Below are positions 1 to 11,119 of a stretch of 64,000 nucleotides of DNA, in pieces. How positions within the stretch are numbered: the stretch's first letter is position 1; the number at the start of each line of letters is the position of its first letter. The position numbers and the translations under genes were made by a program. The stretch is from NCBI RefSeq assembly GCF_006345805.1, contig NC_043002.1, positions 18,538,001 to 18,602,000 on the forward strand, read 5' to 3'. Below the pieces are notes generated by a model. The model was given only the letters and a program-made list of their open reading frames with translations, made no database searches and was not told the DNA's origin. The DNA is from Octopus sinensis. Lineage: Eukaryota.

Positions 1-163
1 ACGCTCTTCTTCAGAAACAGAGGAAAGTCCAATAGAAAAGGAAGACAGAGCCCCAGCCTCCTGACTGACTTTGGAGTACCTAATTCGCGGAATTCTCTCA
101 ACCATCGGATTACATTACCTTTTTCATTCGGAATACGCCATTTCTGCACGTTGATTGTGAATC

Positions 164-200
<37 letters not shown>

Positions 201-294
201 GTTAGAGACATTAGAGACATATGCATCAGAGCGTTATCAATATCTTTTTCAGCGGATAAAGATATATTTTCAAAGTAGTTTCAAGTCGCCTTAC

Positions 295-486
295 CCCTGA
301 TACAACTTCTCCAATCATTCCGGTCCAGTTTCCATCTTCATCAATATGTCCAAAGCGTCCGTCTTTCACTAAGTTTATGTCAAAGGTCACATTCATTAAT
401 GGAGCCATCTGAGCTAACATGTCAACTATGTAGCCATGCTGTTCTCTTCCGCTTTCATGCTTTTCTTCCATGTAAAAGGGAGGAAT
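295..486 (-). CDS. iGluR/IR-like gene copy A, exon 3 (S1 lobe of the ligand-binding domain); gene continues beyond the left edge
   Basis: Acceptor ttctccAG, then 192 nt (phase 0/0) encoding IPPFYMEEKHESGREQHGYIVDMLAQMAPLMNVTFDINLVKDGRFGHIDEDGNWTGMIGEVVSG, then donor GTAAGG. Matches the iGluR S1 pattern (G..VDL...DG.YG...W.GMVGEL). 13 nt differences from the paralogous exon at 57766-57957. Confidence 0.9.
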
Positions 487-759
487 CTGGAGAAAACAAA
501 AACAACCCATTAAGCAAGAATATAAAGCTGTCGAGTAAAAAGACACAGAATTATGTAACCGTCACCTAATTTGTCAGTTACATGGGTGATAATGTACAGG
601 AAGCAGCAGATAGCTTCAGATTTATAGTCTTGGTAAACGTTTCATTAACAAACTCACAGTGTGCATTGATTTAAACCCTATTGGTAACTGAAAAATAAAA
701 CGATGAAACATTAGCAGCATGAAGGCGCCATTATTACTTAAATTAATAAGCGTCACACT

Positions 760-1034
760 CATTTTAGTCATTAGAGTGCGGCCATGCTGGGGCACCGTCT
801 TGAAGGGTTTTTATTTGAAAGAATAGAACAAGTTTGGTGCTTAATCTATCGGTCTCTTTTTGTCGAGCTCTTAAGTTACGGAAATGTAAAGAAACCACCA
901 CCAGTTGTTAGCGGTGGAGGAAGACAAACACAAACACAAAGACACATACACACACACAAACACACACACGCATGCCCGCACACATACACACACACACACT
1001 CACCCGCACACATACACACACACACACACACACC

Positions 1035-1091
<57 letters not shown>

Positions 1092-1250
1092 CGGCAGCGG
1101 GCTCTTTTCGGTTTCCGCCTACCAAATCCACTCACAAGTCTTTGATCGGCCTGGGGCTTCAGTTGGCAACAATTGCCCAAGATGGTTCTGGGACAGAACC
1201 CAAAACCATGTAGTTGAGAAGCGAGCTTCTAACCTCAAGGGCATGCCCAA
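760..1250 (-). mobile_element. Old copy of SINE family A (tRNA head, CORE-like box, internal CA/TA microsatellite)
   Basis: Degenerate match to the family A copies at 18977, 36607 and 54125; the paralogous copy lies at 58220-58660. Confidence 0.7.
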
Positions 1251-2463
1251 ACCCATAAAAGATAATCAACCACGCCGAGACGCGAAAACGCAACCTTCTG
1301 ATTCGAAGTTAAACGCTTTGTGCCGCACACTGCATTAAAGATAATGATTCAAAATTATTTTGAAATTAATTGAAATGTCGCTATTTGGAAATAAAAGTTT
1401 AATTTCAAATTCTGGTATTTATATTAAATCATATTGAATTAGAGATTTAATCAGAGGACAAGCTGTAGATATGAAGTATGGTAACAACCTAGACATGCTT
1501 GTCTTACTAGGTCTCCTCAATATATTTTTTATCAGTATTTATCAGGCCCTTGATAACAGACATAAACATTTTAAATGAAGTATTTTAGTTCACTATCTTA
1601 AGTACGTTAACACCAACACTTAATTTCTCATGCTGAATATGTAAGTTGGTAATTTCCCCTCTCTCACTCTCTCTCTTTGTTAAAATTATAATTGTTTCCG
1701 ATTTAGATACAAGAAATGTTGTTAATGAGTAAAAGTAAATAGCATACAATTTATTACAATGATTCAGACAGATTTTATACTAGGAAGTAATATGAATAAA
1801 GTTAAATACTTTAGTGTAAATAGTACTATAATCTTGCTACTTTATATCATCTTTATTACATGCAGTAATTGAGATGGCTTATATTTGGAAAACCGCTTCT
1901 GTTTCCACGATTTTATAAACCCTTCCCCGCTAAGCCAGATATCAGCACAAAAGCTTCTAATGTGAATGTCAGTTGCTAACAAAGGATTCACACCTCGTTC
2001 GCCCGATCAATAAGAAGTAGTTGTGAAATCGTAAGATTGTATTATACCGGCTTGATAAGAGGAAACATCAGACAAGGTAATCCTATATATAAAATATCTG
2101 AGAAAAATCTGGATGATCAGGGTTAGAATGCCTTCGATCCAAGGTCCGCTTGATCAGGGTTGATCTGGAACTAAACAACAACAAAATAATCAACCACCTC
2201 CAGCCAGAAGTATTCTTCTTTAAGATTTATTAAGTCACTAAGCTTTCTGCTTCTTTCGTATAAATCTTATAGAATGAAAGACTTTTATATTGGTTTCAGA
2301 TATTTATCAAAAGCTTTTGATGTAAATAACAAACATTTTGTATTAATTTGAATATTAATAGGCGTGAGTATGAATAGTGATAATATTCTTAATTAGGTAG
2401 CCAATCCATCAGAAGTGATAAATTATTTTAGAACACGGACAAGAGACGATACAAAGCACTTAC

Positions 2464-2502
2464 TTGTAACGTAGAAACCTTGATAACCTTTTTCGCGGGA
2501 TT
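2464..2502 (-). CDS. iGluR/IR-like gene copy A, exon 2 (39-nt micro-exon NPAKKVIKVSTLQ)
   Basis: ttttattttctAG acceptor and GTAAGT donor, phase 0/0. Encodes the first beta-strand of S1 (cf. KTVVVTTIL of AMPA receptors). 38/39 identical to 59818-59856. Confidence 0.8.
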
Positions 2503-3539
2503 CTAGAAAATAAAAAGAAAGCATTGTTTTGATAATTATCTCAAAATATTTCACAAAAATATTAAATTTTGAAATATCTATATTGGAAGATAACTGACAA
2601 CAAACACATATTCTGAAAACTGGTCTTGGGGTAGGTTTTGTGTTGCCTTGGTTACGGAATTGAAGTCATTACTGCTTGTCAGACATGGAAACGGCAATTT
2701 AACATGTAACATCACTTTTAAGTTATATCTACTTTGTTATTGTTGTTGTTGCTGCTGCTGCTTTGTTTGTTTGTTTTGTTTGTTTGTTGAGCGAAACGGT
2801 CTTCGTCCCAGAGCTTGCAAGATGGGAGAAGTCCGAAACGTGGTCCTTTGCTATTCGTAAGACCCGCAGAAGAGAAAGCAGGTCAACCCCCGACACCGAG
2901 AGCATCGACGGATGGATGAATGCGCATCCAGGCTCAGCGGTTGCGTAGGAGGTCGGGGTGCTGCTGCTGCTGCTACTGCTGCTTTTGGTACCTATTTCAT
3001 CCTCTTTTTAATGTTATCGTTATGTAGAAGAAAGTGAGTCATGATCCATCAAAATTATACTCAATTTTTTTTCTATTTGCTCTATCCCGTCTCTTTTCCA
3101 GATTTAGTGTATCTAAAGCTACACAATCTAAAATGTCCTTCATTGTTTAGGTCTTTAACGTGTGATTTCAGTTAGATTACTGATATTTCTAGTATGTCGA
3201 TGAACACTTAAGAAGCTCCGTGTTGCTTTCTAATATCTCAACACCACCACAGCCTCGTTGTTGCAGTTGACGCCTGTGCTGACTCAAGAACCTTCTTGCT
3301 TTTTAGATGACAAGACACAAAAGAATCATTGGCTGCGAGGTTGATGAACCATGGATGATGATGAAACTATTGGCTCCTATTGTTACAACTGCACAAGATT
3401 TTCTTTTACGGGGCTTAGAAAAACCAAAGAGTCACTGCAAGAAGAGTGTGAATATGAGAGGGGAATATGTTCAATAAAATCATAATTAATGAGCCTGCTG
3501 TATTATCTTTTGCACAAAACCGGAACTTTTCAGCACACC

Positions 3540-3800
3540 CTCGTATTTACATATATATTCGCATAGACATGTATATATATTGTTGTATTTCGGGATGGTC
3601 ATTTTGTCTTTTTTGCCAAATAAACACACGCACTATATATTTTTCTTCACTCGTTTATTACTGTTCTTATTTTATTATTTTAATTCATGTTCATTGCCCG
3701 GAAATCTTTCGTCACACATCTGTGACCTCTTCAGGTACACTTTTCTTTTTCATGTGTGTTCTTGCTCCACTTACTCCATCCTGTTCTTCTTAGAAGAACA
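3540..3800 (-). mobile_element. Short repeat with a hammerhead-like motif; second copy at ~55860-56100 (+)
   Basis: Minus strand reads CTGAAGA-g-GTCAC agatgt GTGAC-GAAA-gatttc; about 250 bp of flank is homologous to the 55.9 kb copy in the opposite orientation. Confidence 0.6.
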
Positions 3801-3904
3801 TATATGTGTGCATATGTATACGTATATATGTATGCATGTATTTATACACATGTTTGTGTGTACGTATATATAAATATATATATACATATATGCATACATA
3901 CATA

Positions 3905-4385
3905 TATACACACTGGTAGAATATTCTCATCCAAACTTCTGTCAAATGTAAACATAACAGACCGGATATTGTTGTTTGGGACAAAGTGGTAAAGGTGTGT
4001 ACCATCATAGAGGTTAACTGCCCTTCAGATATAAGTATTTGAAAATCAAAGAAAAAGAGGATATTTATGGACAACTGCTTCGAAACATCCTGCTTCTATA
4101 TCAATACTATGAATTCATATTCATACCAATAATAAATGGAGCACTAAGTTTTGTTAGCAAAAGCTTAAAGGAGAATATGAATAAACTGGGATTTTCAGAA
4201 AGAGAAACTGACCGGCTAATTCGTACATTACAAGTGCAATCTGTGAGTGGAACAGTAAAAATATGCAAGACTTTTATCAAGTTCCAAACGTGAATTTGTC
4301 TGTGTTAACTACATCCCAAAGATTGAGCCTTGTATCTTTGTTGGAAACGGGCTCCCTCCTCAGTGGAAGATTTATAATAATCAAA
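3905..4385 (+). mobile_element. 3' fragment of a restriction-like-endonuclease (RLE) non-LTR retrotransposon (R2/R4/NeSL-type)
   Basis: Disrupted frame ..RPDILLFGTKW*KVCTIIEVNCPSD..KIKEKEDIYGQLL..FIPIINGALSFV fits the RLE PD-(D/E)xK and KxxKY region. Confidence 0.7.
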
Positions 4386-4559
4386 AAATAGAAAAGACAT
4401 ACATATTTCTTGTTATACTGAGAGGCGGTGCACGGTACCAAAATTTTGGACTCGTATCAAATATATCAGACTTCCAAGTCATTGTCAAAGTATCTGCATA
4501 ATTTGTCTAATTTGTACTGGCATCGACTCGCATAAGTTGTAAAATGAAGTAAAACCAAA

Positions 4560-4770
4560 CAGTAATATTTTGAAATTATTTAGTACGTACGTTTCTAGCT
4601 TTCTTAATATACAATAAGAAATTCATCGATTACACAAAACTCCCTCAGCTTAAAGCACTTTAAAATATTTTGAAAATGCTTTAACTGAGGAAGATATACG
4701 TAATGAATGCATTTATTAAATATTGCGCAAAGCTGAAACGTACGTATCAAATGATTTCAAAATATCAACA
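4560..4770. repeat. Degenerate head-to-head inverted repeat containing two hammerhead-like motifs
   Basis: Plus arm: CTGAGGA (4685) ... GAAAC GTAC GTA (4735-4746). Minus arm: CTGAGGG ... GAAAC GTAC GTA. Axis near 4660. Confidence 0.6.
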
Positions 4771-5347
4771 AGGCAATGGTTATATTGCCTTGCTGTGTCG
4801 GCACCGGAAGTCTCTTGACGGTTTTTCATAGATACTTATATTTCCTTGTGTTTGTTACCATTATATTTCCGTTATAATTGGGTTTTGACCTTTTTTAACT
4901 AGGCTATTGAGGTTAGGTTCAAAGCAGATAGTATAAGTTTAACTTTTTCGTATCGTTGTTAGCTAGAAAGACATTTGTTATGCATTGTAGATTCTGTTTT
5001 ATCGCAAGAATATGTATGTTCTGCTTGCGTGAGAGTGTGTTTGTACGCGTGTGTGTAAATGAGTGGGTGAGTGAGTGTGTATGTACGTGCTATCTCTTTT
5101 AACTCGCGTGCTGCGTTTAAATATTTTGTTCTACGCTGTCGATGCCGTTGGATTGGATGGTACAGTTAGCTAGGTATCAAAACCATAATGATTTACAACA
5201 GATCAGCATACGATGGGCATCTATAATCGTTTAGAGAAAAATTGGTGTTATTGTGATATCTATGAGGTTGATTATCAGTTCTGGGGTTCGGTCTTGAGTG
5301 TGCACTTCAGTATATTGATAACATCAGAAACATAAATATATGCATTC

Positions 5348-5405
<58 letters not shown>

Positions 5406-5638
5406 GAATAATAAAGAGAAAGTCCTTGGTACATTATTATATATATATTTGAAAGAATGAGTAGTGATGCTTTTTTTAGGGGTTAATTAGGGGATAATTT
5501 TTATTTTAATCTTAATAATTTTTAGTGGTTACTCTGAGCTTCGAACTTCAAGTAGCCTTTTTTCAAAGTCGAAAATGTATGTCTTACTGGTTACTTAAAT
5601 AGCAAAAGATTTCTATTTAAGCAAAAAGTAAAACATAC

Positions 5639-5734
<96 letters not shown>

Positions 5735-5737
<3 letters not shown>

Positions 5738-6230
5738 GTATTGAAACTATCCACATCATAATACAGCTTAGATGGTCAGGTTATCTCTCACATATGTGTG
5801 ATATCAGAATACCGAAGCAACTTCTCTTTGGCCAATTCCCAAGAGGAAGGTCAGTTGGAAGGCTGCACTTGCGCTTGAAAGACTAACTAAAAAACAATCT
5901 GAAGCGATGAACATTCTCTTTTTTTCCAGAGAAAACAAAGTATCAGAACGCAGGACCTGGCGCAAGTCCTGCTTCTTCTCAGTTCAAAGACTTGACCAAA
6001 GTCGACTCCAGCACCGGGACCAACAATTGTGCAAGCATGAAAGCACGCTGGTAAAACACTGCTCCCGTCATTGTGGTTTCGTGATACGAAGCAAAGCAGG
6101 CCTTGCCGCCCGCTCAAGAAAACACATAGTAAATGATCCACAAGCACTTAAACAAACTGAGTCCTCAACTTGTTCCATTTGCCTAAAGGTTGCAAGGCAC
6201 CAGCAGGCCTCAAGAGACACGTCCATAGAA
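5735..6230 (+). mobile_element. 3' fragment of an RTE-clade LINE
   Basis: Reads SGIETIHIIIQLRWSGYLSHMCDIRIPKQLLFGQFPRGRSVGRLHLRLKD*LK, the typical RTE C-terminal LRW.GH..RM...R.PK.LL.G...G.R..GRP motif. Confidence 0.7.
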
Positions 6231-6259
6231 CATTATTGCCACTTGTTACTGGTGATAAT

Positions 6260-7500
6260 GGCCAACCCATATCAGGTAAGTCAACATCGTATGTGAAGAA
6301 TTCCACTCACTTCACAGAATTGATCAAGGATACTCCCATATGATCCAACCAGACGGTTAGTCTGGATGTGATAAGTCTGTTTCACAACGTCCCAACTAAT
6401 GAAGCACTATCAGTGATTCAAGATAAACTAGTGGCGGATACCTCTCTAAAAGAATGCACAAGTATACCAATAGAAACCTTGATGGAAATGTTGACTTGCT
6501 GCGTAGAAAGTACCTACTTTAGAGTAGATACTGATATCTATCGACAGGATGATGGTTTAGCTAAAGGTTTGTCATTATCACCAATAATAGCTAATATATA
6601 CATGGAATACTTTAAGAATTAGGCTTTAGGATCAACATCACTAAAGTCAACTCTAAGACCTCGATATGTTGAAGACACCTTCATACTCTGGCCCCGCCAG
6701 GAGGATGTCCAAGTACTACTAGATCATGTGAACTCAATAAAAACCATCCATACAGTTCGCAATTGAAAAGGAAAAGGACAATCAGCTAGCATTCCTGGAC
6801 GTATTAATAACGCGCACTGAGTATGGATTCAGGACATCCGTATATCGCAAGCTACCTTCACTGGGCAATACCTCAACTTCAATTCCAACCATCCATACAG
6901 TATAAAGAGGGAGATTGCGCAGTATCTAAAACATCGAGCAAAGACTTTAAGCAATGATACTGATACACTCCAGGAAGAAATGATCAGGCTAAGAAACAAT
7001 TTACTATACAACAACTACCCAAATAACATACTGTCCACCACAATTAGGAAGAGAGGAGAGCATGAAACCCGTAAATTGAGTACAGTCTGTCTACCCTGTG
7101 CCAAAGGCCTCTTGGAAAAGACTTTGCAAATATCTTCTCCGAATAAAACCATCCATAGAAGAGATTATGAACAAAAATTACGTGTACCCTATCCCATGCA
7201 GTTGTGGTAGGTTATACAAAGGTGAAACATGCCGTCCCCTTAAAGTAAGGGTAGAGGAACATCGTAAATATGTGACATGAGGGGATTTTGAAGAATCGGG
7301 TGTAGCTGATCATGTCTGGAAAAACGGAGACCACATCCTGCTGCAAGGATGAAGTTAAAATAATCGATAGAGAACACCACTGGAAAATACGAAGATTAAG
7401 AGGCAGCACATATGCTAGGACATAGTAACCCCTAAGCAGACCAAGTGCAAATATTAATGTAATATGGGAACCAGTATTAAGAGAAGATAAAATACTAGGT
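6260..7500 (+). mobile_element. Decayed Penelope-like element (RT plus GIY-YIG endonuclease)
   Basis: Fragments SLDVISLFHNVP, GLAKGLSLSPIIANIYME, RYVEDTF, LAFLDVLI, YRKATFTGQYLNFNSNHP, then VYPIPCSCGRLYKGETCRPLKVRVEEH (GIY-YIG); several stops and frameshifts. Confidence 0.85.
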
Positions 7501-7532
7501 TTATAGACCCTAAAATTCACTATACAATTGCC

Positions 7533-7790
7533 CACGGGCATATAGCGTAGTGGATAAGAGCGCGGGCTACTAACCCTCGGATTCTAAGTTCAATCCCAGA
7601 CAGGGACTTGAAAAATAATTATTATCAGCAGAAAAATAACATCAGCAACATACCTTAATGTACCCCACTAGTCAAATTCCACCTGAACACCTGATGAAGG
7701 CTGGAGAGTACATCAGCCGAAACGTTGTGATAGCAACAAACAAGATGAGGACACCTATCCCTCCATTGTAAATATGGTATTTTTAATGCA
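7533..7790 (+). mobile_element. tRNA-headed short element with a 3' hammerhead motif (family D), abutting the Penelope 3' end
   Basis: A-box TAGCGTAGTGG and B-box-like AAGTTCAATCC, followed by AACAC-CTGATGA-A-GGCTG..CAGCC-GAAAC-GTT-GTG at 7686-7729. Homologous to 42166-42420 and 44437-45181. Confidence 0.75.
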
Positions 7791-8512
7791 TGTAATTCAG
7801 GGGTGATTATTTGGGACTTCTGAGAGGGAGAGGGAGAAGAGAGAGAGGGCGAAGTGAGAGAGGGGGAAGAGAAAGAGAGAGGAAAGAGGGAGATAGTACG
7901 TCTTATATACCATCAAATACGATCTGCTAAGCTTTTCAAATATGTAAGTAAAACAGGAATGCAAATCTTGAAGATGATTTGCAGATAGAATTCGAAAGTG
8001 GTGCAAATCTTTTGGAAAATACAATCTTCACTAAACTTTCACCATTGTATAAGAAATGATACTAAAGTACCTATTTTCAAAACGTATTTTGCCTTTTTCT
8101 TGTGTGGCTTTAAAACATGGTCATTGTATTTAAATCATCTTAAACAGTTGGAGATTTTTCAATAACAGTTTCTTTAACAAATTGTAGAGACAATCGGAGT
8201 GATGTTGGGATTTTAGAATTAGTGAATACTTTGAGCTTAGAAGCTTTCTTACGATATAGTAAAATGAAATGAACAAGTGATGTAGCTAGTATGATAAAGG
8301 AATTTTAAAACATTTAAATTTGGGGGAACCATATTCTGGGAAAAGTCTCCATCTTACAAACTGAAGTTAAGATATAAAAACTGACAGCAAAAAGATGTTA
8401 TATCCTCATGGGATTCTGGAGAGAAATGAAGGTTAATAGAGTATTATAGAGAAAAAGAAATTGTTTTATCTATATATTTGAAATGTAATATATGAACTTA
8501 GAATCAACCTAC

Positions 8513-8593
8513 CTTAGCTTCTGCCAACGTGACTATACATTGAAACGATATCAGCAAGAAAAATCCCAAAGATGCAAGATTTATGGAGAACAT
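8513..8593 (-). CDS. iGluR/IR-like gene copy A, exon 1 coding part (signal peptide)
   Basis: ATG at 8593 encodes MFSINLASLGFFLLISFQCIVTLAEAK and ends at donor AAG|GTAGGT (phase 0); 81/81 identical to 63540-63620. Confidence 0.8.
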
Positions 8594-8669
8594 AAATTTC
8601 TTTAAAGACATTGACATTTTAACTGGTGATATAGTGGGGCAAATGATGCCTAAAAAGTGTATGAAATGT

Positions 8670-8704
8670 ACTGACAGGGCAGTTTCAGCAAATTCGTTTT
8701 TATA
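8670..8704 (-). promoter_or_regulatory. Core promoter of copy A: TATAAAAA plus TCAGT initiator
   Basis: TATA starts at 8704 and the Inr A is at 8672 (32-nt spacing), 79 nt upstream of the ATG; same arrangement in copy B. Confidence 0.65.
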
Positions 8705-8785
8705 CCAGCGATGACGGATTTCTATATATGGCTATGTCTCTCTGATATATTATTATCACAAGCACAGCGACATCGATGTGTTAGC

Positions 8786-8833
<48 letters not shown>

Positions 8834-9720
8834 CGTAGGCGCGCGTACGTATAATTGTGCGCTTTAACAGAGCTTAAAAGGTCTAAATGCCTGTGTTGCA
8901 TGCGTTTCTATGTACGTATGTTTGTACTTGCTTGTAATTATGCGTGCGGAAATAGATACATAGACATGAATATGCATACACATACACACACAGACACACA
9001 CACACACACACACGCGCACACACACACATACATACATACATATCTGTAAGTGGTTGTCTATGAATGTGTGTGAGTGTGGTTGTACGTGCTGAAGTACGTG
9101 TGTAAGTTTGTGTATGTCCATCAGTGTATATGCGTTAATATGAATACATATATGTATTTATGCATGTATGTATGTATGTATGTATGTCTAAAGGCCAATA
9201 AACAATTCAACCTAACTACGATCCATTCTTTGCCCCAATTTTCCACTTCTCACCCTCACACTCTCTCTCCATTCTCTCTGCCACTCTGCTGTTCCTGTCT
9301 CATCTCTGGTCTTTCTCACACCATTCTTATCCATTAATTGCGTACAATCTGTTCTTTAGTACAAAATAGCATAACATATGCATACAAATACAAATTTCAC
9401 ACAGGCTCCACGAACGCCTTCCAGAGGAATATATAACATATATATACATGTACGTATATATATATTCGTGTAACATCGTCCGTTTTTCCGTCCTTGTTTT
9501 GTATACATTCGAAGCTTTCTTCCAAGGAATCTAATGCGCTTGGCTTAGATTTTCCTTTGGGGCTGGCCAGATCGGAGCAATCTCAAGATTAATCCACCGA
9601 AATTGCGAGGATGATCCGGTTCTTGACTGAAGATTGAAGGCTTCGAATGTCCCGACCGTGTATTTTGTATCGTCTTCTAAATGTTTTGCGTTCTTGTCCC
9701 AGTTTGTATTTTTTTACTTA

Positions 9721-9799
<79 letters not shown>

Positions 9800-9821
9800 A
9801 TATATATATATATATATAAAA

Positions 9822-10275
9822 TATATTTCTAAATCTCTCAGAGAAATTTATGCAGCGGTGATACGATAAAGTAGTTGTATACTGTCAACTTAATGTGACA
9901 GTCCCATGAAGGGAATAATGCTACTGCTATTTAGCCCTAGGATGCATCAACGCTTCCTGTCGGCCTTGACACATTTCCTGTGTCCCTATGTTTACAAGGG
10001 GGAGATAAGCACCCCTACCCAGCTAAGCCAGCACTCAGAGACTTGTTTCTGAGTATTTGCTCGTCATCAGTCTGGAGTAGCATGGTTTGCTTCTTGGAGA
10101 TGCCTATCTAACCCTTGTAAACATATAATTATTCTAGTGAAATAGATTCACTGATTTCAAAAATAGAGATAATATTCCCTTCATGGGAATACTATTTCAC
10201 ATTACGTTGACAGTATACAACTAGTTTATCGTATCACTACTGTATAAATATCTCTGAGAGATTTAGAAATGTATT
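9822..10275. mobile_element. Hammerhead-bearing short element (family E, minus strand) with an inverted ~90-bp partial copy on the right
   Basis: Minus 10075-10035: CCAGA-CTGATGA-cgag caaata ctca-GAAAC-AA-GTC-TCTGA. 9826-9915 is inverted at 10178-10270. Full plus-strand homologue at 28960-29225. Confidence 0.7.
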
Positions 10276-10299
10276 ATTTAATATATATATATATAATAT

Positions 10300-10343
<44 letters not shown>

Positions 10344-10348
10344 ATATA

Positions 10349-10383
<35 letters not shown>

Positions 10384-10639
10384 GTGGTGTGTGTGTGTGT
10401 TGTGTGTGTGTGTGTGTGTGTGTGTCATTATTCAGTTTATTTCAAGATTTCTTGCCAATAGAGAAAGAAACTGTTTCTAACCTAGATCCAAGGCTCTTTC
10501 GTTGGAATTTCAACATGTATGTATGTAAGCATACATGTATGTATGCATATATCTATAATAATTGGATAAGTATAATCCGGGCGATCACCTCATCAGCACT
10601 GCATGTAGGCATCTAGTTAACCTAAGAAGGTCAGTTATA

Positions 10640-10813
10640 CATAAAAAAAAATGGTCCGGAGTGGCTATGTGGTAAGTAGCTTACTCACTAACCACATGGT
10701 TCTAGGTTTAGTGCCACTGCGTGGCACCTTGGGCAAGTGTCTACTGCTATAACTTCGAGCCAACCAAAGCCTTGTGAGTGGATTTGGTGAACTGAAACTG
10801 AAAAGAAGCTCGT

Positions 10814-10876
<63 letters not shown>

Positions 10877-11095
10877 ATATGTTTGTGTGTCTGTGTTTGT
10901 CTCTCCCCACCATCGCTTGACAACCGATGCTGGTGTGTTCACGTCCCCGTAACTTAGCGGTTCGGCAAAGAGGCCGATAGAATAAGTACTAGGTTTACAA
11001 AGAATAAGTTCTGAGGTGGATTTGTTCGACTACAGGCGGTGCTCCAGTACGGCCGTAGTCAAATTACTGAAACAAGTAAAAGAGTAAAAGAGTAT
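10640..11095 (+). mobile_element. SINE family A
   Basis: gagtggctatgtggtaagtagc..ggtttagtgccactgcgtggcaccttgggcaagtgtct..(GT)n..aacaagtaaaagagtaaaagag tail. Confidence 0.85.
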
Positions 11096-11119
11096 ATTTA
11101 TACATATGTACATAAACAC

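Noticed and set aside
7536-7610. tRNA-like sequences at 7536, 15383, 20425, 40540, 42166 and 44724
   Set aside because: They are SINE heads with no complete acceptor stem, continuing into repeat bodies; not called as tRNA genes.
9590-9660. Further hammerhead-like half motifs (GAAA..CTGAAGA here; also near 42486, 43030-43110, 56230-56270 and 62460-62490)
   Set aside because: Core elements are out of order, or stems I/III could not be paired convincingly.
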